NCBI GenBank assembly: GCA_002633005.1
Contig: NMRA01000081.1
Coordinates: 3,625 to 67,624 of the forward strand
DNA: 64,000 nucleotides
Reading direction: 5' to 3'
From: Phoronis australis
Lineage: Eukaryota; Animalia; Phoronida
Shown here: one piece after another, positions 40,101 to 48,765 of the stretch
How the letters are laid out: each line of letters opens with the position of its first letter
Position numbering within the stretch: position 1 is the stretch's first letter
Made by a program: the position numbers and the translations under genes
The notes under the pieces: model-generated
Databases searched by the model: none
Seen by the model: the letters and a program-made list of their open reading frames with translations, nothing else
What the model was told of the DNA's origin: nothing

Positions 40101-41397
40101 TCTTAAGGTGTCCTTCTATGAGCAAAAGGTACTGATAGCAACTGAGTGTACGTGAGGCGTAATTCCCTGAAAAACTTCCAGCGTGTGAAGGCTCTGTGGG
40201 GAGCACCGTGGTCTCTACTGCTCAGTAGAGATGGTGGCACTGCCTAATAAGTGGGTAGAGTTCAATAACGCTAGGATCTAGTTAAGCAAGATATCGTCGT
40301 GTATTTTAAATTTTCTAGCCGCGAGACAGCTACTGAACTTAACTCTGCGCAGGCCTGACTGTAAGTACTCTTCCATACGCTGGGACTGGCAATGACCCCT
40401 CGTTTATTGTAACCCCCCCCGTCGAAACTTAACCCAATTTTGCGTTTGGTCTCCGCAAAATGCCCCTCGTTTTGTCACTCATTCCAGCACCAGCCGGATC
40501 CCAAACAAGTCTGGTTTTGCACCCCACGGGCCCCTTGTTGAATACTTCTAGCTGCGCCAGCAGTAAACACTCTTGTGTCTCACTGACCTGCTACATCGGT
40601 GATGTGTTAATCCTACTACCTGTTTCTGGTATCGCAATACTCACATCGAATCGCACGTTATTATACACTTGGATTGGCTGGCGTCTGGGTCGCTCAGAAC
40701 AGAAAAGCTAGAGTACTTACATGTAGCTTACTTGGACGGTATAATTGTTTCGCGGATTCTTTCCAGTTCGAGTGATTGCTATTTTTTTCTGAATTCATTT
40801 TGTATTAGTCGATTAAAAAGTTCAAAATACCTTAACACCACCAATGACCATAAACGCTTCCGAGAATGTTATGTTTCCCTGTAATGTTGGTTACATTGTA
40901 TGTCGAAGCTGTATAGCTTACGTACAATCCTAGCTGCTGGCATACTATGTGAGCCGCATCCATGTGCCACCCGCGGTCACAAACTGTTCCCCAGTCATAG
41001 CCATCATGAGTCGCCTGAAACTCGACGCGCCCTCGGTACGGAACACTGGCACCAGCAAGACGTACTTTACCTAGCTTAAAAAGGTGACCAAGATGTAAGA
41101 AAGTAAGACGTATGTATCCAAACACCCGTCCTTTTTACCCACCCACTACCTCCCCATACTTTGACACCTTTTTGTACCTATGCCTTGCGCATTTCATTGT
41201 CCATTTACCTGCGAATATTACCTTGACGTATTGAACTTCATTTCCATCCCCGTTCTTTGCATTTGTGTTCTGCCGAGTATATAGGAGTTTATTTCCCAAC
41301 CTTGGTCTCCTTTTCATGTCTAGCACGCTTGTTACTGCCCACGTATTTTTACCGTAGGTACAGTATGTCGATCGCCAGGTTATTTTCTTCAGGTAAC
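24486..41397 (-). CDS. Mosaic single-pass receptor: basic N-domain, 2x SRCR, WSC, 2x kringle, 3x EGF, Pro-rich stalk, TM, acidic tail (~800 aa; signal-peptide exon not securely located)
   Basis: Phase-consistent exons: 41397-41143; 41070-40926 + 37289-37102 (SRCR1); 35677-35521 + 34950-34784 (SRCR2); 34033-33761 (WSC); 31445-31197 and 30788-30552 (kringles); 29156-29112 (linker); 28197-27970 and 27166-27056 (EGFs); 25132-24928 (stalk+TM); 24618-24486 (tail, stop). Confidence 0.8.
27056..28197 (-). CDS. EGF-like domain exons (28197-27970: EGF + Ca-binding EGF; 27166-27056: EGF)
   Basis: CLHDGTC...[12 protein letters not shown]; DVDEC...[18 protein letters not shown]; [14 protein letters not shown]...[14 protein letters not shown]; all phase 1-1. 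Confidence 0.9.
27206..27358. mobile_element. ~155-bp palindromic MITE, copy 1
   Basis: Near-identical to 44246-44398; inverted ends CGTTCAGTA...TACTGAACG and CTAGGACCT...AGGTCCTAG. Confidence 0.75.
30552..30788 (-). CDS. Kringle domain exon 2
   Basis: [25 protein letters not shown]...ENFCRN...PWCYT....YDYCDIPVC; phase 1-1. Confidence 0.92.
31197..31445 (-). CDS. Kringle domain exon 1
   Basis: [25 protein letters not shown]...ENYCRN...PWC....[10 protein letters not shown]; phase 1-1. Confidence 0.92.
32084..32545 (+). mobile_element. Second copy (one end, ~460 bp) of the same TTAA element, in a receptor intron
   Basis: High similarity to the reverse complement of 23580-24050; both copies share the spurious ORF text [22 protein letters not shown]. 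Confidence 0.8.
33761..34033 (-). CDS. WSC domain exon
   Basis: [11 protein letters not shown]...[31 protein letters not shown]....C...C.GN...CGG.WRN is a canonical WSC pattern; phase 1-1. Confidence 0.9.
34784..35677 (-). CDS. SRCR domain 2 (exons 35677-35521 and 34950-34784), divergent
   Basis: GAGLIEIY...WGTLC...[11 protein letters not shown] followed by [13 protein letters not shown]...C....VVVQC; phase-2 junction consistent. Confidence 0.85.
35714..35977. repeat. Degenerate (GGT/GAT)n trinucleotide repeat upstream of the SRCR2 exon
   Basis: GTG/ATG-rich run giving poly-Val, poly-Thr and poly-His frames. Confidence 0.9.
37102..37289 (-). CDS. SRCR domain 1, second-half exon (not in the ORF track)
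   Basis: tttcag|T GAA... translates as [58 protein letters not shown], ending in |gtaagt. Matches the SRCR C-terminal pattern (YGxG..C...C...C...A.V.C). Confidence 0.85.
37490..39819. mobile_element. ~2.3-kb non-autonomous TIR element (hAT-like) inside the SRCR1 intron
   Basis: Perfect 15-bp TIRs: CAGGCCCGTAGCCAG (37490-37504) and CTGGCTACGGGCCTG (39805-39819). Flanks gacaatcg/gacagtgc match only partly. No transposase ORF. Confidence 0.6.
40926..41070 (-). CDS. SRCR domain 1, first-half exon
   Basis: [16 protein letters not shown]...[22 protein letters not shown] is a canonical SRCR signature; tag acceptor and phase-2 gt donor. Confidence 0.9.
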
Positions 41398-44245
41398 CTG
41401 CGAGACTTCATTGGTTTCTGATTTACATGACAACATTTCTACAAAGTGGACTTATTCATTGAATATTATAAACTAAGCCTGCATGAAACTGATGAACAAT
41501 TAACTTAGACATGGGAAGAATTTTCAGGAAAACTCAATCAACCGACCCCAAATAGCAAAATGCACTGGATGATTTCTACCAAGCTGAAATATCCTTCTAA
41601 GAAGTTATAGTGCTCTGGTCAAGTGGTGATGCTCGTCATATCTCTACGGATAGAGCAGCCTGTGTGGGAGTTCCTTACGTTGCCACTAGTCTGGGTAGTA
41701 ACACCTTTTCGGCACTCTAAAGGTCAAAATCATACCCTAAACGCGTAACAGGCGTAACGCGTTCAGGTGTGAGTGACCCATTCTCGTGAAATTTAATCAT
41801 TTGAAACGTGAGTACCCAAATTTCTGGTGGCTGCCTCCCCGGGGTTTGAAGCTCCAAACAGCTAAGTCAGCACGCCTGTGACTGGGGGCGTGCAAAATTG
41901 ACCACTACCAGTAGTGACGAAAGTAGCAGAGAACGGGGAATCTGAAATTTGGGACCGTGGGGGCAAGTGTTTGCCTCCCCCCCCACCATTTTGTTTCCTA
42001 CAGGCCTGTACTGAATCTATGATACCATGTCAGAGTTATACACAAAATGTTTCAAACATTTTTTGAAAACTTCTTAGAAAGTCTGCTTAACAGGCTACTA
42101 GAGCGATCGTGTACGCAATAGGCAAGTTAGTCGGCAACAGGGAAAGACCACCCACAAGAATCTCAGCATCCCTTCTGTGACACAGTGAGTACGTGTTTTT
42201 AGTTGAATACTTCTTTTATTACTGAAATGAGATGTCAGTGGTACATTAGCTGGGGACAGAATGAAGATTGATTGAAAGAACCAAAACTACAGTGGGGTTT
42301 CGTGTGCTTTTAACTGAGGAGTACTTCGTGAGACCTATGACCATAGGTAAGAATTTAGTTTACATGCAGCCGCCAGGACGATCAATGCTGAGGGATGCCG
42401 GTTCATACGGAAGTGGGGTTTTTACGTATTTTATGGCACGATCACTTACGGTCCTCGATCATAAATAATGATTTTTAAATAAACCACTTACCGTTATGAA
42501 ATTTGTCTGACATGGTTCCTTAGTCAAAAATCCCTTAGCTTGGAAAGGTCTGACAATTCAAATGTCATTGCTAGAGACCAAGAGCTACAAGTTGTCTTTT
42601 GTCTCGTTTTATTCGCTAAACATGGTCTCGAGAAATCAGTAAGGAACTGGCAGACCTTCGCGAGACCAAAAATTACCCTTTCTCCTAGTAAGGAATTTGT
42701 GGCCAATTTCATAGCGGTGAGTGGTTTAAATCAAAAGTTCAATTCCTGCACGAAACGTAGGTTTATAGCCGCCTTGAGGCACGAGTACAATAACACACCT
42801 CTTTAATTAACAAACGCCAGGCAAAATTGGAAGAATTCACTTAAAATTCTAAAAATGCATTTGTATTTGCAGTGGCAGATTTGCTGGTGGTTCGGAAGCT
42901 TTAATCTCCTCCAAATAAATGAGGTTTAGGGCAAAAATATCCATCTGGCGTTATATTACGACAACCCTCCCGTCTATCAAATCGTAGACCACCATTGATT
43001 TGTACAACTTTGTTACCAAGGCTAACGTTAACACAGGTTTTGAAATAGTAACCCGAGACAAAATTCATTCAAAAGCATTGGACCTATCAGGAAGCATGCA
43101 ACCTTCCCCAAATACAGCAAAAAGGGACAGGTATTAAGCTGAACTTATGACTTACTTACATTAGGAACCCCTCTGGCAAATACTGACAGAAGCACTACGT
43201 GCATGCAAGAGCTTTGAAAGTGTCGATTTTGCGGCATTTTGATATCAAATGTACACAAAAGTTAAGGATTCGAGCATGTTATGATACGGCAATATACTGC
43301 AACACGTGCAGTTGTTAGCATACTAATGTCAGACTCGTGGAACGTACATATACACTGCTCAGTAGTCTGTGCGTCAGCGTAATTTCCACAGGCGCCTGAG
43401 TTTATATGTTCGTCGATCGCAAATGACGTCACTCACTACTAAGAAAACACTCAAAACGGCGGTGGCATATCCTCTGTACTTTCTCTAAAGCGGCAATGTC
43501 TTTATGGGTATAAGAGTCCCAAACAGTCGACGCCTATTCCAAGGTTGATCGAACTATTGTTTTGTACGCAAACTCCTTACATCGTTGGCCGAAGAAACCC
43601 CAGAGTTTTATTTGCTTTTTTTCTTAAAATTAACTTAATTTTATCTCAAATTCCAAAGGCGGTGTAAAAGCGAGAACTCCATCCAGTTAATTGTCTTGAG
43701 TCTCAACTTGCATAACGTGCAGCCAAGTTTTGTTCGTCAAATAAAAAGTTGAAAGATCCCCTATTGCGGATATCACTGATTCGGGATCGCCGGGGAAACC
43801 ACAAAAAATGACAGGACAAATTTTCTCAGGTGGACGTGGGGTCATTTTTCATCGGGTTGAAAATTCTTCACATTAATTTTAGTCTCCGAGAAAAAACTAC
43901 TCGGGGTCATTTTTAATACTGAAATAATTGACCCGGTCGTTGTTGAATGCTACACTGGCCTTGCGGGCACGCTTTTCGAAATTTCTATGCAAAATTTACT
44001 AAAAATTAAGACAGTCATGGCATTGTGATTTTTGAGGACCTTTGAGCTTGGGGAGAAGAGATGCTCATTCTCGTCAGTCACTGTGTGTTTTGGCTCGCCA
44101 CTGTGACGGCGCCGTTGGCAGGCTCCGAAGTGTCGAGATCATAGACATTAATACTGTGATGTCAATACGGTCGAGACAGCGAACAGTTGCCGCTAGGTGG
44201 CGAGTGAACCGGAAGTTAGTTGAGACCTGTGGTCGATGTTAACCA

Positions 44246-44398
44246 GGCGTGCGTTCAGTAGACGCTAGGACCTACGCTAGGACCTAGCTAAAACCTAGAC
44301 AAAGTCACGTGCTCTTATTTAAAATGCACAGCAATATCTCATGTAATCTCGCGAAGTCTTGCTTTTTAGCGAGGTCCTAGCGTTACTGAACGGGAGGC
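44246..44398. mobile_element. ~155-bp palindromic MITE, copy 2 (degenerate relatives at ~44500-44597 and ~25370-25457)
   Basis: Near-identical to 27206-27358; a diverged copy with TCTAGTCAAAATCACGTG...TCTCGCGAGAGCTTG follows immediately. Confidence 0.75.
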
Positions 44399-44419
44399 TG
44401 GTTCCCGGGCCTCACAAGC

Positions 44420-44640
44420 TGACGTCACTGGTTGCTTACCAACCTCGAGGGTCTGTGCAGGAGACTACCACTGTGATAGAGTGTATGGTCGATATCACGA
44501 GACGAGAAAATCTAGTCAAAATCACGTGGTCTCATAGAAATACAAGGAGATTTCTCGCGAGAGCTTGTTTTTCTAGCGAGACGTTTCTTAACTGAACTCG
44601 ACCCGGGAAATTCCGTTTTGTCACTTCTTGGAAATTCACA
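44420..44640 (+). promoter_or_regulatory. Immune-type motif cluster upstream of the TPR-TIR gene: CRE, kappaB, GAS
   Basis: TGACGTCA at 44420-44427, GGGAAATTCC at 44605-44614 and TTCTTGGAA at 44625-44633, all within 270 bp of the ATG at 44687. Confidence 0.6.
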
Positions 44641-44686
44641 CTCTGAATTGTTGAACTGTTTGGTAGTAACCGTACACTGAGTCAGT

Positions 44687-47140
44687 ATGGAGCCAAGCCA
44701 ACGAATTTGTGATCTGAAACGTCGCTTGGAGAAGTTTCCGAGCTCATTCCAATTAACACTAAAAGGTAATGAAAAATTACAGCGGGTGAAAAAGGTGGCA
44801 CACACCTTAGCGAGCGAGAAGAATAACCCTCAGCCGTACAATGAACTGCGCACCGATAACCTCCTCTCGTACCTGTTGTATGAGCAAGGACGTAGTCTCG
44901 AGGCTTTAGAATTAATTAAGTGTGTTAAGGCAAAAGATCCAACAAATATTATCGTTCGCGCCAACTTGATTAACATTCTCATTTATGACCACGAAATAGA
45001 TGAAGCTGAGAGAGAACTCAAGGAACTTGAATCGTTGCAAGAAGCTGACGTAACAGCTGCGAAAAGTGAGCTGGCCTACAGTTTTTCTAGGTTCGGGCCA
45101 TTATTTCACAAAGAAGCTTTAAAGTATTTTGAGCAGGTGACCAAAATCCGGCCCACTGAGTGGTTGTGGCAATTTGGCTACGGTCTTGTATTGCAGAGAT
45201 GTCTAACTACAAAGTCTTACTTTGAAACGCTCGACTTTGATGGAAACGAGACCTTTTTCAAAGCTTTGGACGCATTCTCTGCTGTTCTAAAGCATCGTGA
45301 AGCACCTGTTGTTATAAAAGCCAAAACTTTGACCAAGCTTCAATCCTGTATTGCACTTTACTGTGCATTACCAGAGAAGTCTCGCAATAAAAATCCCCAA
45401 GATGCTCTTGAGCCCTTTTACAAAGCTATTAAGGAACAAGATGGAGCCAAACATATTCGTGACGTCACTACATCTAGTTCGTGGCATGAAGTGATGAAGT
45501 TTTGTATCGAAGAATCGTTGAGAATTGCACCAAACGACCGCACGGTTTTACAGGACTGTGGAAAGTATTATAAGCAAGCAGGCTTGCTTCACAAAGCTTT
45601 CAGCTGCCTAGGAAAAGCAGAGAAAGTCCAACCCAATACTGTCATCTATGCGCAGCTAGCTGATCTTGAAGTTAGGATGTGGGAGAAAGAATATGAAGAA
45701 CAGCTTTGTGCTGGAGGTGCTGTCAGTTTGAGGCAAGGCGTTGGCGACAAACCACTTGAGTATAGAACGGTTTCAAACACAAGGGACATTGAAGATTTGT
45801 TTAGTAGTTTCAGTCTTCTTAGTACTGAAGTGCAGGATTCTTCGATAGTACCTGTGAGCCAGATATGGCTTGCTCCTGTGAAATGTGAAGCCGAACGTGT
45901 GAAGTTAGATAGATTGGAAAAAGCTCTGAAATTGTATTCCAAAGCGTGCGATGTTAGCAAAGGGGATGTAGCCGCAGTGCATTTGCAAAAGGGCAGAGTT
46001 CACTGGAAACTTAATCAAATCCAAAGTGCCATTTCATGCTTCAAAAAAGTGATCAACTTGAGCTCCTCTTCTAAGTTAGAACGAATTCATGCCCATGAGC
46101 TTATTGGCCAGTGTTATCTTTATCGGGGAAATGAGTCTGGGGACAAGACAGAATTAGTAAAGGCAAACACTTTTTTTTTCCTAGCTGTTGAATATTCATC
46201 TTTGCTCACTCAGCAAGTGCCTTTTGATGTAAGATGTCAGTATCATTTTACTCTTGAAGACATTTTGAAAAACCAGATGAATAAAAACCCATGTGACAAA
46301 AGGTTACTCCAACAGTGTGGTTTATTTTATAGCTTAGTCAAGGAACATCGAAAAGCGTTGCCCTTTCTTGAAGAAATATTAAAAAGTGACTCAACTGATT
46401 GGTTGGATTACCTGGCAATGTTCCGTGCTCTTTTTGACAGTGGACAATACCATGAAGCTGTATGTTTTCTTACTATACTCATTACTAATGGTCATAAGCA
46501 GAATGAAAAAGAAATCACTAAACTCATAATTGAAGCCGCTATAAAAGCGGGAGAAAACGACTTAATTGAGAGGCGGCTTACGGAAAGTAAAGAACAGTTT
46601 AAAATTGCCTATACTTATGCTGTTCGAGACCTTGGCAGTCAAGAATGTGGTCGTTATGATATTTACATATGTGGTGAACTGCTGTCGGACAACATTCATT
46701 TCAGGTATTTTGAGAAAGTACTTCACGAATATTTCGGCTTGCATTGCTATATAGCTGATCCGGGCGCTGTAACTCCGGGCTCATACCCAAACCATGAACA
46801 TACAAAAGCAGCCGACAGCAGTGATAATTTTCTATTTGTAATTCTCAATAAAAACGGCGACATGTCGCTCTGGTCTCGAGATTTTAGGTATGATTTGGAA
46901 CAACTTCGCTGTTCAGTACTTTTCGTTAAACGCGAGTTTTGCAGTTTTACTATTGTAACAGATACCGAGTGGGAACCTGTTGGTTCCTTAAGAGGTTTGT
47001 CGGGATCTCCTTCCATCCCACATTACGATGTGTGGCAAAACACAAAGAACGACGGGCCTGAATTTTTTAAACTTCTTCTTCAACTTTTTCGAGCCATACT
47101 TACCCCGACTCTAAGTAATAGAAAGGGGAAAACGACTTAG
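44687..47140 (+). CDS. Intronless IFIT/TTC22-like TPR-repeat protein with C-terminal TIR-like domain, 817 aa
   Basis: Uninterrupted 2.45-kb ORF with many TPR helix pairs (NLLSYLLYEQGRSLEALE; CGKYYKQAGLLHKAFSCLGKA; KGRVHWKLNQIQSAISCFKKV; CGLFYSLVKEHRKALPFLEEIL). The C-terminal ~150 aa (YDIYIC...LHEYFGLHCYIAD...PG...AADSSDNFLFVI) follow the TIR betaA/alphaA/betaB/BB-loop/betaC pattern. Confidence 0.85.
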   Translation: MEPSQRICDLKRRLEKFPSSFQLTLKGNEKLQRVKKVAHTLASEKNNPQPYNELRTDNLLSYLLYEQGRSLEALELIKCVKAKDPTNIIVRANLINILIYDHEIDEAERELKELESLQEADVTAAKSELAYSFSRFGPLFHKEALKYFEQVTKIRPTEWLWQFGYGLVLQRCLTTKSYFETLDFDGNETFFKALDAFSAVLKHREAPVVIKAKTLTKLQSCIALYCALPEKSRNKNPQDALEPFYKAIKEQDGAKHIRDVTTSSSWHEVMKFCIEESLRIAPNDRTVLQDCGKYYKQAGLLHKAFSCLGKAEKVQPNTVIYAQLADLEVRMWEKEYEEQLCAGGAVSLRQGVGDKPLEYRTVSNTRDIEDLFSSFSLLSTEVQDSSIVPVSQIWLAPVKCEAERVKLDRLEKALKLYSKACDVSKGDVAAVHLQKGRVHWKLNQIQSAISCFKKVINLSSSSKLERIHAHELIGQCYLYRGNESGDKTELVKANTFFFLAVEYSSLLTQQVPFDVRCQYHFTLEDILKNQMNKNPCDKRLLQQCGLFYSLVKEHRKALPFLEEILKSDSTDWLDYLAMFRALFDSGQYHEAVCFLTILITNGHKQNEKEITKLIIEAAIKAGENDLIERRLTESKEQFKIAYTYAVRDLGSQECGRYDIYICGELLSDNIHFRYFEKVLHEYFGLHCYIADPGAVTPGSYPNHEHTKAADSSDNFLFVILNKNGDMSLWSRDFRYDLEQLRCSVLFVKREFCSFTIVTDTEWEPVGSLRGLSGSPSIPHYDVWQNTKNDGPEFFKLLLQLFRAILTPTLSNRKGKTT

Positions 47141-47514
47141 CTATTGCTTACGGTTTGATCGAGCTGTTATGCATTGCTTAGCCCACCAAACACTGAAGAC
47201 GGCACAGTTTTTATCGGTTTGTGATATTGCTTATCATATTTCTAACTTTGACCCGATTTATTGTCAAGTAGTGATTGTGTGTTTTTTAGAATTTATGCAT
47301 TATAGAGCATTCAAAATACGGCCAAATGGTTTTATATTGGTATACCATTGGTATACCATTCCTTACCGTTGTATGTTATAAGCTACATTTTATATTTATA
47401 ATTTTGTAAAATCAAATAATTTACCTTAAGACTTACAGGCAGTATAAATACCCACTTTTATATGAAATTCATTTTACAGTAATGTGGTGGCCTTGTGAAG
47501 ATGTTTTAATGTGT

Positions 47515-47537
47515 AATAAAATTTGAATTAAAATAAA
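47515..47537 (+). terminator. Polyadenylation signals of the TPR-TIR gene
   Basis: AATAAA at 47515-47520 and 47532-47537, about 380 nt after the stop codon. Confidence 0.5.
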
Positions 47538-48765
47538 CCAGATCGTATCATTTTGAGTAAGAACAGACAATTACACAATACATCGATATTTAATTTAAAC
47601 AAAAGTACGAACAAATATAAACTGAACTTAAAGTTTCAATAGTTCTACTTCTCTCGTACTGCTGAGGAGTCGATGTGGGTGAGCACTTGACGTCTTATTG
47701 TTTGCTGGAATGCACGTTTGCCCGAAAGACTTTATATTTATTTTCACGTTCACCTGAACAGTGCTTTAAACGTTAATTTATAGGAATAGTACATGGCATT
47801 ACCTTCCGCCAATGAAATGTTTTAGTTATGATCAGATATTTGCAGGATTTATCAGACAAGCCAAAGAGCAACTGTCGCGCGGGTAGGGCGCATATTTTAA
47901 GGATACTGCAGCCGTGTGAACAGTTTCGAGAATTTCACGATAGTCAGCCCGATGCACCTTTTCTTTTTACCTTTCTTTATCAATCCAAAAGTAAACATGT
48001 CGTGTGGAGTGTTTTAACTGTTCAATAATTAACAAAATTGAATGTCGTTATCAGCAATTTCGTCATTTCGTAATTGTCTTTACAATTATGACTCGAATAT
48101 TTGTTGTATTACTCATAGCTATTCGTCATTCTTTTTGTCAAAAATAAGGTTTAAGTCCTCAGTCTACAATATTTTTTTCGTTCTTAGTAATGGAGAGCAA
48201 AATTACTACTCCTGAGAAAGAGCAATTGAAAATTCTGGTTAATTGCCCGTTTGCAAGAGTGTATTGGCGATCATGCTATAAAAGTTTAAGAACTGAACTC
48301 CCTAGAAGTGAGTTATCCCCCCAGAACAACTAAATCTGAGGTCACGGCGAATGGCGGGTAAGCAAACGAGTGCAAAATCTGTTCAAGTCATTTTTAAGGA
48401 AATGAATGTAAGCCTAGAGCTGGATACAGAACTGATCGCGTGTTATCGCGTTGTACAGTAGTACCTATAACAAAATTCAAGGTGGTATTATTTGCGGACA
48501 GCCTATAGATTTACCTGCAGTTTTTCTTTGGCTACCCGAGATCTTCTTTACAATCCACAGAATGTCCTTAGCATTGCGAGTTTTTTGATTTTTAATCACA
48601 GTGCCACCAGAAGTTATCGCTTTGTAATTTGTATTTGACCTATATGTTACAATATTTTTATAATTATAAGGTTCATTTATTTTAAAAATGTGATAGGTCA
48701 TCCACAAGGTTTGAGCGTACAAAACAATTTCAATAAATAATATGGTCTGCAATATATTCCACCAT

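Noticed and set aside
44687-47140. Bacterial horizontal transfer or contaminant origin of the intronless ORF
   Set aside because: Base composition looks like the flanks, it has eukaryotic promoter and poly(A) signals, and a near single-exon CDS is normal for IFIT-like genes. A phylogeny would be needed to exclude it fully.
47150-47520. AU-rich (ATTTA) instability elements in the TPR-TIR 3' UTR
   Set aside because: Scattered single pentamers are expected by chance in AT-rich sequence.
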